This document shows, piece after piece, positions 8,238 through 18,158 of a stretch of 41,539 bases of DNA. Source of the stretch: Candidatus Omnitrophota bacterium (GTDB lineage: Bacteria > Omnitrophota > Gorgyraeia > Zapsychrales > JBDRMG01); NCBI GenBank assembly GCA_043812495.1, contig JBDRMG010000005.1, positions 1-41,539 on the forward strand, given 5' to 3'. The notes beneath the pieces were generated by a model. That model had not been told where the DNA came from and did not search any database. It saw nothing but the letters and a program-made list of their open reading frames with translations. The position numbers were made by a program, and so were the translations under genes. How positions within the stretch are numbered: position 1 is the first letter of the stretch; each line of letters starts with the position of its first letter.

Positions 8238-9794
8238 TTATTCACACGTCACTTCAAATGAGGTGACGGCATAATCATCAAGATTTTCTTTACGCGCATT
8301 CGCTGAAAAAATTTTCTCAAAAGTTTCCTGAAATCGAGGCTCCTGGCGGAGGCTGGAAACAAAATCATTAACAACCTGAATCTGCTGATTGGGCTTCTCT
8401 GTATAGACATACCCTCTCATATTGATGGTTGTTTTTGTGATTATCTTGCTTGGTTTTTCTCTTCCTCTTCGCGTGCGCGAAGTTGGGTTATTGTCCTGAT
8501 AGCTAACCTTCAATCGCGTTAGCCATGCTCCGCGAGGAAGAAGATCAGGAATCCGGTTTAAATAAAAAGCCGCATCACTTTTTAAGCGAACATTTTTATA
8601 GGATTCCAGCTGATTAAGCTCTTCTTCCTTCTTATCTTCTAAGTCCTTGACGCTCAAGGCATCGTAAATACCAATTTTCTCTTTTAGCAAAGAATTCTGC
8701 TTGTTGATACGGGAACTCTTGGCTCCCGATACCAGAAAAACAATCAGCAGCAAAACGGCGCATACGGCCGCAACCTTGAATGTCCCTAGAAAGTTTACCG
8801 GGACTTCTTTTAAGGGCTCTTCAACTTCCTGGGGTTGAATAAGCGACTTGGCCAAATCGATCTTAACGACAGACGGAACATCATCGCGCAAGCTAATCCC
8901 AAAGGCATTGAGCGATTCCAGAGAAGATTCTCGGTTATTCATCAGTCGATTCACAAGCACGGTCGTTACGGGAAGGCCGGTATTTTCTTTAATCAGCTCA
9001 GCCTGCGCAGATGACTCGGCATCCGAAATATAAAGGATCTGATCGACATTGCTTTGAGAATGTTCGCGGCGATAATAATCCAAGGACATGCGGATTTCGT
9101 TAAGAAGACGGGCATTGAGCGATTCAGCATCCACGCTGAAACTTCCCTGGGACGAGGCAAACCGGAAATCACGTAAAAACTGAGGAACGCCTTGATCGAT
9201 GATGGCTATCGATCCGTTGTGGTGGTTCAACTGGATGACGGCGTATCTTTTGGAGCGCTGAATCTGCTTCTTGAAGCTCAGAAGACGCAATAAACTTAAA
9301 ATAGACGGCTCGGCAAAGACAACTCTTAAGCCGGCTTGATCAAGGATCGAGAGATACTTTTCCAAAATATCTTTGCGAACCGCCACAAAGAGAATACGGA
9401 TACGCCGGTTTTTCTTTTCCGTGATCGTGGTCGCATGATAGCCGTAGGCCAGCTCGTCTAATTTAAAAGGAATATAACGTCTGGCTTCGAAATCCACAAC
9501 GCCTTTGACTTCGGAGGACGTCATCCAGGGGATGAAGAATGAGCGCAAAATAATATCGCCGGACGGCAAGGATAGCCCAACGTCGGAAATTTCAATCTTA
9601 TTATCACGCAGAGATTTTTGAATAATGGCCGTGATCTTGATTTCGTCAGGAATATTTTGAGACGAATAATTCTGGGAAGATTCAAAAAGGCTGTGCGAGG
9701 CCTCAAAACAATGAATGATATTGTTTTTCTGTGTTTCGATAATGCTGAGGGCATTGATTCCGAAAAATATACCCAATTTGTTTTTAATAGCCAT
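8238..9794 (-). CDS. Fused PilM (actin-like) - TM - PilN protein
   Basis: PilM motifs 'FEARRYIPF', 'ILFVAVRKD', 'EIRMSLDYY'; TM 'VAAVCAVLLLIVFLVSG'; PilN motif 'LNRIPDLLPRGAWLTRL' in one continuous 518-aa frame. Confidence 0.8.
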   Translation of the reverse strand: MAIKNKLGIFFGINALSIIETQKNNIIHCFEASHSLFESSQNYSSQNIPDEIKITAIIQKSLRDNKIEISDVGLSLPSGDIILRSFFIPWMTSSEVKGVVDFEARRYIPFKLDELAYGYHATTITEKKNRRIRILFVAVRKDILEKYLSILDQAGLRVVFAEPSILSLLRLLSFKKQIQRSKRYAVIQLNHHNGSIAIIDQGVPQFLRDFRFASSQGSFSVDAESLNARLLNEIRMSLDYYRREHSQSNVDQILYISDAESSAQAELIKENTGLPVTTVLVNRLMNNRESSLESLNAFGISLRDDVPSVVKIDLAKSLIQPQEVEEPLKEVPVNFLGTFKVAAVCAVLLLIVFLVSGAKSSRINKQNSLLKEKIGIYDALSVKDLEDKKEEELNQLESYKNVRLKSDAAFYLNRIPDLLPRGAWLTRLKVSYQDNNPTSRTRRGREKPSKIITKTTINMRGYVYTEKPNQQIQVVNDFVSSLRQEPRFQETFEKIFSANARKENLDDYAVTSFEVTCE

Positions 9795-9858
9795 AATGAA
9801 TGTTTTTGTTTTTGCGAAGAATGGCGAAGCGTCTTACAGCTTTTTCTTCAATTCAAGC

Positions 9859-10044
9859 TTAATTGTTCTGCTTCGCATTCCTCGATTGAGACCTTAGCCA
9901 TTTATCGACTTCCTTTTTATCAAAACGCCAGACGCCTCCAATTTTTATGCCGGAAATTTTGCGCTGATTGAGCCAGTTGTAAATCGTCTGTTTCTGGAGT
10001 TTTAGATATTTGGCTAATTCTTCGACATCGAGTAAACTGTTCAT
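9859..10044 (-). CDS. Small excisionase/BldC-like (HTH_17, MerR superfamily) DNA-binding protein
   Basis: MNSLLDVEELAKYLKLQKQTIYNW...IKIGGVWRFDKKEVDKWL; ATG at 10044 preferred over the upstream GTG at 10071. Confidence 0.88.
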   Translation of the reverse strand: MNSLLDVEELAKYLKLQKQTIYNWLNQRKISGIKIGGVWRFDKKEVDKWLRSQSRNAKQNN

Positions 10045-10117
10045 CGTTCGACTCAATTCTTTGGACCTCACGTTAGCTATATTTCATCATCTTCTTTAAT
10101 CAACTTCCTTAATCTTA

Positions 10118-10146
10118 ATTAGACTATAATAGACTTACTCTGTCAA
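10118..10146 (-). promoter_or_regulatory. Candidate sigma70-type promoter for the HTH-pilMNOPQBC operon
   Basis: Perfect TTGACA, 17-nt spacer, TCTAAT (imperfect -10) in an AT-rich spacer. Confidence 0.35.
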
Positions 10147-10207
10147 TAAAGAAAAATAATATTCTTGAAGAAGTTGATTTTTGACAGAAATGAAATATTG
10201 AGGAGCT

Positions 10208-10540
10208 TTAGTAGGTGATATCGAAGGTATGGAGATCTGTATTGTTCGGGCCGGCGTTAGCAGTGGGCACATGAGTAATGGTATAGGTTTTTCCATCCAA
10301 AGTTACTGTGCTGGGTAAAGGTGTAGCGGAACCGGGATCGAATTCATTCATATAATTGTACCATGCGACTCCTTTGCCGATCTGCTCTGCTTTGATGCGT
10401 TCTATTTGATGCTGCGTGTAGATTGCTTGGCTATAGTTGGTACTGATCACGCCGATGGTCACGATCATCATCACAATGGTTAATATAATGACGGTCACGA
10501 GGATCACGCCTGTCTCTTCTTTTAGCCGATTACTGAACAT
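10208..10540 (-). CDS. PilX/GspK-like minor pilin (no Glu+5)
   Basis: EETG|VILVTVIILTIVMMIVTIGVI followed by 'IKAEQIGKG'. Lack of E5 is typical of PilX/GspK. Confidence 0.7.
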   Translation of the reverse strand: MFSNRLKEETGVILVTVIILTIVMMIVTIGVISTNYSQAIYTQHQIERIKAEQIGKGVAWYNYMNEFDPGSATPLPSTVTLDGKTYTITHVPTANAGPNNTDLHTFDITY

Positions 10541-10549
10541 AGGATTCTC

Positions 10550-10804
10550 CTAAGCAGAGCTTTTAGGGTCTTGTTCATCTTTTTCCTGAGAAAAATAGCT
10601 CTTGCACTTTGGGCACTTTTTAATTTTATCTTTCAAATCATCAGAGAAGAAATACGTACAATAAGGACAACGCAACAAGTTTTTCGCGGTTGTTTTCCCG
10701 TTTATTTCTCTACTATAATTATAAACGAACCAAGGGATAAGAACAAGCATCATTACAAAAAAAAGGAAGACAGAAATGGCAGTAACAAAATCGATTCGAA
10801 TCAT
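10550..10804 (-). CDS. Small single-TM protein with zinc ribbon
   Basis: N-terminal hydrophobic helix, then CPYC-x14-CPKC; abuts neighbours. Confidence 0.75.
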   Translation of the reverse strand: MIRIDFVTAISVFLFFVMMLVLIPWFVYNYSREINGKTTAKNLLRCPYCTYFFSDDLKDKIKKCPKCKSYFSQEKDEQDPKSSA

Positions 10805-11239
10805 TTATGGATTTATTTTAAGGGGTTGCCTCGGAGGAATGGATGGCTCAATGTTAATGTTTTGTCCTTGGTCTTTCTGCTCTTTCTTGATTTCAGATAT
10901 TTCAAATAATGTTTTCTGATCCTTTTTTGACGATTGAGAAATGGCGGGGATATGCAATGATTTGTCTTGACCTGAAGATTGAAGTAATGGCTCAAATTCA
11001 GCCGACACCGATAGGTTTTTTGGAATATGATTGATGATGGCAGGCCCTGCCTGTTTCGTCATTTTCTGAGAAATAATCAGATCCTGCCCCCGGAGAATGG
11101 ATCCCAGAAATGTCATCACAGGCTTTTCCCTTTGCGGTTTTAACGAAAAAGAAAAAATGAAAAGCCCTAAAATAAACAAGTGAGCGAAGAAAGAAATCGA
11201 TAGGGCATGGAAAAGAATGCGTTTATCGCTTATCAGCAT
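10805..11239 (-). CDS. TonB/TolA-like membrane-anchored protein lacking a recognisable C-terminal domain
   Basis: TM 'ALSISFFAHLFILGLF' with Ser-x3-His; follows exbB-exbD; only 144 aa, ending in Pro-rich 'EPSIPPRQPLKINP'. Confidence 0.55.
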   Translation of the reverse strand: MLISDKRILFHALSISFFAHLFILGLFIFSFSLKPQREKPVMTFLGSILRGQDLIISQKMTKQAGPAIINHIPKNLSVSAEFEPLLQSSGQDKSLHIPAISQSSKKDQKTLFEISEIKKEQKDQGQNINIEPSIPPRQPLKINP

Positions 11240-11294
11240 ATCTTAATTCTGTTTCCTTAAAAACTGGGATCATGGACTTCGGCAGAACAGAATT

Positions 11295-11699
11295 CTACTT
11301 TTTTTGATCAGTAGCGATATTGACTTTCTCTATTTCCAAATCCCGGCAAAGATCCCAAATATCAATAATACGCCCCAAAGAAGCGCGACGGTCCGCTTTA
11401 ATCAAGATAGAACGTTTTTTGTTTAAAGGTTTTGACAGTTCTTTCCTTAAATCGTTCATCGTCGCGATGGAATTGTCGAGATAAATTACGTTTTCGCTGG
11501 TGATGACAATCACCAGATTTTCTTCGTCGATGACTTCGCTTGTGATCGCGCGGGGCAATTTCACTTTGATGCCGGACTGAAAAACAAAGGATGAGGACAG
11601 CATGAAAAATATCAAAAGCTGAAAAATGACATCCACCAGAGGCGCCAGATCAATCTGCTCGCGGCCATATTCAAGTTTTGAATATCGTTTAAATTGCAA
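11295..11699 (-). CDS. exbD: ExbD/TolR family protein
   Basis: 'IDLAPLVDVIFQLLIFFMLSS' with conserved Asp; 'ILIKADRRASLG'; TTG start. Confidence 0.92.
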   Translation of the reverse strand: MQFKRYSKLEYGREQIDLAPLVDVIFQLLIFFMLSSSFVFQSGIKVKLPRAITSEVIDEENLVIVITSENVIYLDNSIATMNDLRKELSKPLNKKRSILIKADRRASLGRIIDIWDLCRDLEIEKVNIATDQKK

Positions 11700-11733
11700 T
11701 GGGACTCCCTCTCTTCGTTAATTCAAAGTTCCT

Positions 11734-12384
11734 TTATTTGCCGCTTTCTGTAATCTGACAGATGACATTGATGAGTTCTGTGGCGCTGTGTTCCATCTGC
11801 AAAATAAATCGATTGACTTGGCTCACGAAATAGTTATAAAAGACAAAGGCCGGGATCGCGACAATCAGACCCGCAACCGTTGTCAGTAAGGCCTCCCAAA
11901 TGCCACCGGCGAGATCGCCGGGAGTTACGGGATTTAAGGACGTTGCCCGTTGTTGAATGGTATGGAAGCTTGAGGCCAAACCGGTGACGGTTCCTAAAAG
12001 TCCTAACAAAGGAGAAATGTGGGCAATCGTGGCCAGCATGGGCAATTTTTGTTCAAGCTTGGGCACAACATAAAGACTGGCATCTTCGATCGCTTCCTTT
12101 AATTCTTCCCGGGAAGAGCCGAATTTAGCCAAGCCGGCCTTGAGAATTTTGGCTATAGGGGAAGGATTGCGGTCGCAGAGTTCTATGGCTTCATGGATAT
12201 TATCATTCTTGACAAGATCAAATACTGATTTTTTGAGCTTTTGCGTGTTAGTGCGAATGGACGCATAATAAAGAAATCGTTCAATAATCACAGTCAAAGC
12301 GAAAAAAGAACATAACAAGATAAGATACATAACCGGTCCGCCAGCTTGCATGAGTTTCCATGCATTGATTTCCCATATTCCCAT
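11734..12384 (-). CDS. exbB: ExbB/TolQ/MotA family proton-channel protein
   Basis: 'GGPVM', 'SPLLGLLGTVTG', 'LAGGIWEALLTTVAGLIVAIPA'. Confidence 0.93.
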   Translation of the reverse strand: MGIWEINAWKLMQAGGPVMYLILLCSFFALTVIIERFLYYASIRTNTQKLKKSVFDLVKNDNIHEAIELCDRNPSPIAKILKAGLAKFGSSREELKEAIEDASLYVVPKLEQKLPMLATIAHISPLLGLLGTVTGLASSFHTIQQRATSLNPVTPGDLAGGIWEALLTTVAGLIVAIPAFVFYNYFVSQVNRFILQMEHSATELINVICQITESGK

Positions 12385-12409
12385 GATGCCTCCTTTTTAA
12401 TATATCGTT

Positions 12410-14911
12410 TTAATTCTGCGGTAATTCAATATTACTGTTAATCCACTCTATTCTTTCTTGAGCGAATTTAGCTTCTTCAACACCTTGTTCGATGATCTTA
12501 TTATACGCCAATTTGGCATTTTCCCAATCTTCTTCTTCTTCAAAAATCTTGGCCATGCGCAAGTAGGCTTTTGTGGCCCACGAACGTTCTTCAGGATAGA
12601 GATAGGGTATCTTCAGATATGTTTGCAAGGCCTCCGTATTCTGGTTGAGCATTTCGAGCGTATCTCCGATCAGAAATGTGAGTTGCGCGTCACTGAATTG
12701 ACTCAATCCAATGTCAGCGTCAAGTGCTTTTCTAAAAGCGTCAATGGCTTTCGCGTATTGACGATCCTGAATATTGATTTCCGCGATTTTCACATACGCA
12801 TCGCGAACAAATTCCGGTGATGTATTGACAATCTTCTGATAAGCCAAAACAGCTTTGTCAGGTTCGATATCGCGAGAAAAAATATCGGCAATGGCCAATT
12901 GGGCCTTGGCGTAAATCTCGCGATCATTGGTATCGATCATTTTGTATTGACTCAATGCTAAATCAAGCTCTTGCTTGGATGCGTAGGCCTGCCCAAGACC
13001 GTAATGGGCCATATTGGCTTTTTCATGATCCGGAAACTGTTTGATCAGTTCATCAAAGTAAAGAATGACGTTATCATAATCGGCATGCTCCAGATAGTAG
13101 TCCCCGAGCCATAAAAGCGATTCCAGAGCCGTCTCCGTCTGGGGATACTTGTAGACTATGATTTTAAATTTCTTAAGCGCTTCTTTATCATCCCCTAAGC
13201 GATAAAGACATTTGGCGATATTGACTTCAGCGTCTCTGGCGATCGGTAATTTATCGGGATAGTTTTTGGTGATTCTCTGGAAGACCTCCATCGCCTCTTG
13301 AGTTTGATTCAGATTAAACAGGGAAAGCCCGATTAGGTAATTGGCTTCCGGCTGCAGTTCATGCGTTTTGGGCAAGGCCTCGCAAAAGGCCTCGAGTTCT
13401 TCTTTGGCGGCGAGCCAATCATTTTTCTTAAAATAGACAAGGCCGAGATAATAGCGGACGTCATTAAAATATTTACTTTCCGGGAAGTTCGATTGGTGGC
13501 TTTGAAAGACTAAAGCGGCCGATTCAATGCGATCCATTTTTAAGAAAGCAACGCCTTGTCGGTATTGGATATAATCTGCATAGAGGCTCTGGGGGTATTC
13601 TTTGAGGATTTTGTCGTAGATTTCAACCGCTTTGGCATATTGCCCATTGTCTTGGGTCGTGTCGCCGATTTGCGTCAGGGCGCTAACCTTGATGACCTTG
13701 CTCTGGGTTTGATCCGCAACTTTCTGGAAATTTTCAATTGCCGAATCAACCTCTCCGCGTTTTAAATAAATCCAGGCCAATCCAAAATAGGCCTTTTCCA
13801 CGATTTCTTGCAGTGTTTTGTCGCTGGAATAAGTTTGGATCATCCAGATATTTTCTTGAATGGCCTCGTTATATTGACCCAGCGAATAAAGTATATTGGC
13901 CTTGCCGAGATGCGCTTGGGGGATACGTTCGCTAGTAGGGTGCTCTCGCATGAGTTCTTCATAAGTCGCTAAAGCTTTTGAATATTCCTCCATAGAAGCA
14001 TCAAGCGTGGCTAAGCCAAGAAGAATTTCATCCGTCGGGACATTTTGCTTGTCCGCGAGGTCCTTGGCTTCGACGAAAAATATCTGTGCCTGGTCAAATT
14101 CCTTTTGTTTTAAATAGCTCCATCCCAAGCTGATTTTTGCCATGAGGGTGAGCTCATTATTCTTGGAAACGGCAACTGCTTTGAGGAAATAATCAATAGC
14201 GTCGGGATATTGTTCGAGATAATAATAGGACTCTCCGATATAAAAATAGGCTTGATCATGGCGGTTTGATTTTTGAAATTTTAGAACATAGCTTCTGAAA
14301 TCTTTAATCACGGCTTCGTAATCCCTGAGCTGATAATCACATTCACCGATCATAAAGAAGCAATCCTCCGCGAGTTCGCTGGTAATAAACTTTTGCGTGA
14401 ATGTCATGAATGTCTCTTTGGCTTTTTGAAACTGCCCTTGTTCAAAATACGTCCAGCCCAAAGAGTGATAGGCTTGAGGAAGAAATGTTGAGTCTGGATA
14501 GCTGTCGATTAAGCGAAGGTAATGCTCTTGGGCTTGCGGATAGTCTTTGGCCTTAAAATACGTTTCCGCAAGCCAAAAAAGGGATGCATCTTTCCATTCG
14601 TCGGTTTGCTGAAGATCTCGGAAGATATCAAAGGATTCTAAATACTGGCCTTTGAAGAAATGGCATTGACCCAGAATCAAGCGCGCTTCCGTGCGGCGTT
14701 TGGCTTGAGGATAGGCCTCTAAATATTCCTGAATATAGCGGATGGCCACGTCATAAAAACCGTCATCCAGAGCCTTCTGGGCGACAAGAAAAAGCTCTGA
14801 TTCATGGTCTGCAGCGAACGTTTTTCCAATAAGAGGATTGGCAAAATTCGCACAGATCATGAAAGAAATTAAGGCGAGGACAATGGAAGAAAGTGAATTC
14901 CGTGGTTTCAT
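12410..14911 (-). CDS. Large exported tetratricopeptide-repeat protein (CpoB/BamD-like repeats)
   Basis: Signal peptide, then about 20 TPR-like units, many ending in 'YP.S'. ATG at 14911 chosen because of the adjacent promoter. Confidence 0.88.
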   Translation of the reverse strand: MKPRNSLSSIVLALISFMICANFANPLIGKTFAADHESELFLVAQKALDDGFYDVAIRYIQEYLEAYPQAKRRTEARLILGQCHFFKGQYLESFDIFRDLQQTDEWKDASLFWLAETYFKAKDYPQAQEHYLRLIDSYPDSTFLPQAYHSLGWTYFEQGQFQKAKETFMTFTQKFITSELAEDCFFMIGECDYQLRDYEAVIKDFRSYVLKFQKSNRHDQAYFYIGESYYYLEQYPDAIDYFLKAVAVSKNNELTLMAKISLGWSYLKQKEFDQAQIFFVEAKDLADKQNVPTDEILLGLATLDASMEEYSKALATYEELMREHPTSERIPQAHLGKANILYSLGQYNEAIQENIWMIQTYSSDKTLQEIVEKAYFGLAWIYLKRGEVDSAIENFQKVADQTQSKVIKVSALTQIGDTTQDNGQYAKAVEIYDKILKEYPQSLYADYIQYRQGVAFLKMDRIESAALVFQSHQSNFPESKYFNDVRYYLGLVYFKKNDWLAAKEELEAFCEALPKTHELQPEANYLIGLSLFNLNQTQEAMEVFQRITKNYPDKLPIARDAEVNIAKCLYRLGDDKEALKKFKIIVYKYPQTETALESLLWLGDYYLEHADYDNVILYFDELIKQFPDHEKANMAHYGLGQAYASKQELDLALSQYKMIDTNDREIYAKAQLAIADIFSRDIEPDKAVLAYQKIVNTSPEFVRDAYVKIAEINIQDRQYAKAIDAFRKALDADIGLSQFSDAQLTFLIGDTLEMLNQNTEALQTYLKIPYLYPEERSWATKAYLRMAKIFEEEEDWENAKLAYNKIIEQGVEEAKFAQERIEWINSNIELPQN

Positions 14912-14918
14912 GGGCAAT

Positions 14919-14947
14919 ATTATAACAAGTCGATAGGCGCTTTACAA
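14919..14947 (-). promoter_or_regulatory. sigma70 promoter with extended -10 for the TPR-exbB-exbD operon
   Basis: TTGTAA-N17-TATAAT with TG at the extended position; ATG lies 7 nt after the -10. Confidence 0.65.
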
Positions 14948-17755
14948 TTTCTTCTTTGAGGGTTTGGCCCGGACAAATTTCTTTAGATATCGCCCTGTGT
15001 AGGAAGCTTTATGGCGGATGATGTTTTCGGGCGTACCGGAAAAAACAACCTCTCCTCCCCTATCGCCGCCTTCGGGACCGAGATCGATGATGTAATCCGC
15101 TGTCTTAATCACTTCCAAGTTATGTTCGATAATCAGGACCGTGTTGCCCTTATCGACCAGTCGATGGAGAACATCGAGAAGTTTGCCGACATCGGCAAAA
15201 TGCAATCCTGTGGTCGGTTCATCGAGGATATAAAGCGTTTTTCCTGTGGCTTGCTTGCATAATTCGCTGGCGAGCTTCACGCGCTGAGCTTCTCCTCCCG
15301 AGAGCGTTGTGGCGGGCTGTCCACATTTAATATAATCTAGTCCGACGTCATGCAGCGTTTCTAGGACGCGCTGAATACGGGGAATGTTTTCAAAATGCCT
15401 CAGTCCTTCTTCAACAGACATATTCAAAACATCGGAAATATTTTTCCCTTTAAAGTACACATCAAGCGTTTGTTCGTTGAAACGTTTCCCTTTGCAAACT
15501 TCGCATTCCACATGAACATCGGGCAAAAAATGCATCTCGATTTTTTTAACGCCATCGCCCGAGCAGGCTTCGCAGCGTCCACCTTTGACATTGAAACTAA
15601 AACGACCCGGTTTATAGCCGCGGATGCGGGATTCCGGCATTTGACTCAAAAGCTCCCGGATAGGACCAAATACGCCCGTATAGGTGGCTGGATTGGATCG
15701 CGGTGTTCGACCGATGGGTGATTGGTCGACCACGATGACTTTATCGAGATTCTCAATTCCTTTAATTTCTTTATGAGTCCCGGGTTTGTCTTTTGATTGA
15801 TATATTTTCTGAGCGATGGCCTTATAAAGGACTTCATCCACAAGAGTTGATTTTCCGGAACCCGATACGCCTGTAATGCAAACAAAAGCCCCTAAGGGTA
15901 TGGACACATCGATGTGTTTTAAGTTATGTTGGCTTGCGTCAATGAGCTTGAGCGTGCGACCATGGTCAATCTTTCGGCGATGGGAAGGAATCGGTATTTT
16001 CAGCTGGCCTCGCAGGTATTGACCTGTCAAAGAAGTCTTCGCTTTGAGTAAATTCTTGACATTGCCTGCGAAGATGACTTTTCCGCCATGCTCTCCCGCT
16101 CCGGGTCCTAAATCAACAACAAAATCAGCTGCACGAATGGTTGCCTCATCATGCTCGACCACAATGAGCGTATTGCCAAGATCTCTTAAGGCATGCAAAG
16201 TCGAAAGAAGCCGTTCATTGTCTTTTTGATGAAGTCCGATGCTGGGCTCATCCAGGATGTAAATCACGCCCACCAAGCCGGAGCCCACTTGTGTGGCCAG
16301 GCGGATGCGTTCGGCTTCTCCGCCGGAGAGCGTAGCACTTTTTCGATCCAAGGTAAGGTATTCCAAACCCACATTGATGCAAAAATCAAGACGGCGTATG
16401 ATTTCTTTTAGAATCTGTTCGCTGATCAGTTTTTTATCTTTGGGAAGATTCAGATGAAGGAAAAACTGCTTTGCTTCTTTAATGGACAGGGAGGCAATCT
16501 CGCTAATATTCTTGTTATCGATGCGTATAGCCAAAGATTCTTTTTTAAGACGCGCACCCTGGCATTCCGGGCAAGGCAAGACAGACATAAAATTGGAAAT
16601 TTCATTCTTAAGCCAATCATTATCGGTCTCCCGAAAAAGACGCTCAAGATAATTGACGGCTCCTTCAAAACGCCGGCCCCAAATTTCATCTCCGGAGCCG
16701 TACAGGATAAGATCTTTTGTTTTCTTGGGAAGATTTTTAAAAGTGAGATGGATATCAATATGATAGAGATCGGCGATCTCGCGCAGAACGGCCCGATAAT
16801 ACATCATGTAACCTCGTCCACCTTTTCGCCAGGGAGCGATGGCCTGGATCCAGGATTTTAAGGGATCCGGCACGATCAGCTCGGGATCAATCTCCATTTT
16901 TGTGCCTAAGCCGTTGCATTTGGAGCAGGCGCCGTAAGGAGAATTAAAGGAGAAAATGCGCGGCTCAATCTCAGATAAACCGATTTGGCAATCAATGCAC
17001 GCATAATGCTCGCTAAAGGTTTGATCGGGAATGTTCTTGTCGAAGCTCATGGTTAGAAGGCCTTTGCCGATTTTGAGAGCCGTTTCGACGGAATCCGTGA
17101 GTCGCTTTTTGATTTCTTTTTTTATCAGAAGATGATCGATCACCACATCGATATGATGATTCTTGTATTTATCGAGCTTGATCTTATCCTGAACACCGAC
17201 GATTTTACCGTTGATGCGCAGGCGGGCGAAACCGGCTTGGGCGACTTGCCGGCCGATTTGACGGTATTCCCCTTTGCGACCGCGAATCAAAGGAGCGAGG
17301 ATATGGACGTCGGCTCCCTCGCGACTATCGAAAATTTGATGGACAATTTCTTCGGTTGTTTGACGTTCAATCTTTTTCCCGCAGTGAGGACAGTAAGGCG
17401 TGCCGATGCGGGCGAACAGCAAGCGAAGATAATCGTAAATTTCCGTGACCGTAGCAACTGTAGAACGCGGATTACGGCTGGTCGTTTTTTGCTCAATAGC
17501 GATCGTTGGCGATAAGCCTTCGATATATTCGATATTAGGTTTTTGGAGTTGCTCCAGGAATTGCCTTGCGTACGCCGAAAGGCTTTCGACATAACGCCTT
17601 TGACCTTCCGCGTAAATCGTGTCAAACGCGAGCGATGATTTTCCGGATCCGCTTAAACCCGTGATCACAATAAATTGATTACGCGGGAGACAAAGATCGA
17701 TATCTTTGAGATTATGCTCTTTGGCCCCTTTGATAAGTATAGGATGATCCATCAT
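14942..17755 (-). CDS. uvrA: Excinuclease ABC subunit A
   Basis: 'GAKEHNLK', two Walker A motifs ([18 protein letters not shown]), two LSGGEA signatures, zinc fingers. Start trimmed to [10 protein letters not shown]. Confidence 0.98.
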   Translation of the reverse strand: MMDHPILIKGAKEHNLKDIDLCLPRNQFIVITGLSGSGKSSLAFDTIYAEGQRRYVESLSAYARQFLEQLQKPNIEYIEGLSPTIAIEQKTTSRNPRSTVATVTEIYDYLRLLFARIGTPYCPHCGKKIERQTTEEIVHQIFDSREGADVHILAPLIRGRKGEYRQIGRQVAQAGFARLRINGKIVGVQDKIKLDKYKNHHIDVVIDHLLIKKEIKKRLTDSVETALKIGKGLLTMSFDKNIPDQTFSEHYACIDCQIGLSEIEPRIFSFNSPYGACSKCNGLGTKMEIDPELIVPDPLKSWIQAIAPWRKGGRGYMMYYRAVLREIADLYHIDIHLTFKNLPKKTKDLILYGSGDEIWGRRFEGAVNYLERLFRETDNDWLKNEISNFMSVLPCPECQGARLKKESLAIRIDNKNISEIASLSIKEAKQFFLHLNLPKDKKLISEQILKEIIRRLDFCINVGLEYLTLDRKSATLSGGEAERIRLATQVGSGLVGVIYILDEPSIGLHQKDNERLLSTLHALRDLGNTLIVVEHDEATIRAADFVVDLGPGAGEHGGKVIFAGNVKNLLKAKTSLTGQYLRGQLKIPIPSHRRKIDHGRTLKLIDASQHNLKHIDVSIPLGAFVCITGVSGSGKSTLVDEVLYKAIAQKIYQSKDKPGTHKEIKGIENLDKVIVVDQSPIGRTPRSNPATYTGVFGPIRELLSQMPESRIRGYKPGRFSFNVKGGRCEACSGDGVKKIEMHFLPDVHVECEVCKGKRFNEQTLDVYFKGKNISDVLNMSVEEGLRHFENIPRIQRVLETLHDVGLDYIKCGQPATTLSGGEAQRVKLASELCKQATGKTLYILDEPTTGLHFADVGKLLDVLHRLVDKGNTVLIIEHNLEVIKTADYIIDLGPEGGDRGGEVVFSGTPENIIRHKASYTGRYLKKFVRAKPSKKKL

Positions 17756-17811
17756 TTGATTTAATGAAAAATTCCGCTTTGAATTTTTTTGTTTTCGATG
17801 ATGAGTTGGAG

Positions 17812-17850
17812 AAAATAACCCCCACACATATTGCGTGCGGGGGTTATTTT
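17812..17850 (-). terminator. Intrinsic terminator after the small basic protein gene
   Basis: AAAATAACCCCC...GGGGGTTATTTT inverted repeat 18 nt past the stop codon. Confidence 0.75.
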
Positions 17851-17868
17851 ATAATAACTACCTTGGAC

Positions 17869-18138
17869 TTACTTCTTCTTGGCTTTTCCTCGAGCAGCCT
17901 TCTTTTTCTTTTTCTTTCCGCCGCGAACCATTTTGGCGCAGGAAATATCACCTTTCTTGTCGATGAAGTACAGGAATCCAGATTTTTTCGTTATGCCAAC
18001 CTTAGCAACCTTCTTAGGGGCTCCGCCTTTTTTGCTACCGCGAGCCATTTTAGCACAAGAAATATCACCCTTTTTATCGACGAAGTACAGGTAACCACCT
18101 TGCTTCTTAATGCCGACCTTAGCGACTTTTTGAGCCAT
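17869..18138 (-). CDS. Small, very basic protein with two ~31-aa repeats and a poly-Lys tail (putative nucleic-acid binding)
   Basis: 27 of 89 residues are Lys; repeats are 25/31 identical; SD GAGGTG; own terminator. Confidence 0.85.
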   Translation of the reverse strand: MAQKVAKVGIKKQGGYLYFVDKKGDISCAKMARGSKKGGAPKKVAKVGITKKSGFLYFIDKKGDISCAKMVRGGKKKKKKAARGKAKKK

Positions 18139-18158
18139 TGTCTATTTCACCTCCTCTC

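Noticed and set aside
9859..10071. Excisionase-like gene as evidence for a prophage or ICE
   Set aside because: No integrase, att-like repeats or phage genes; the gene is embedded in pilus genes.
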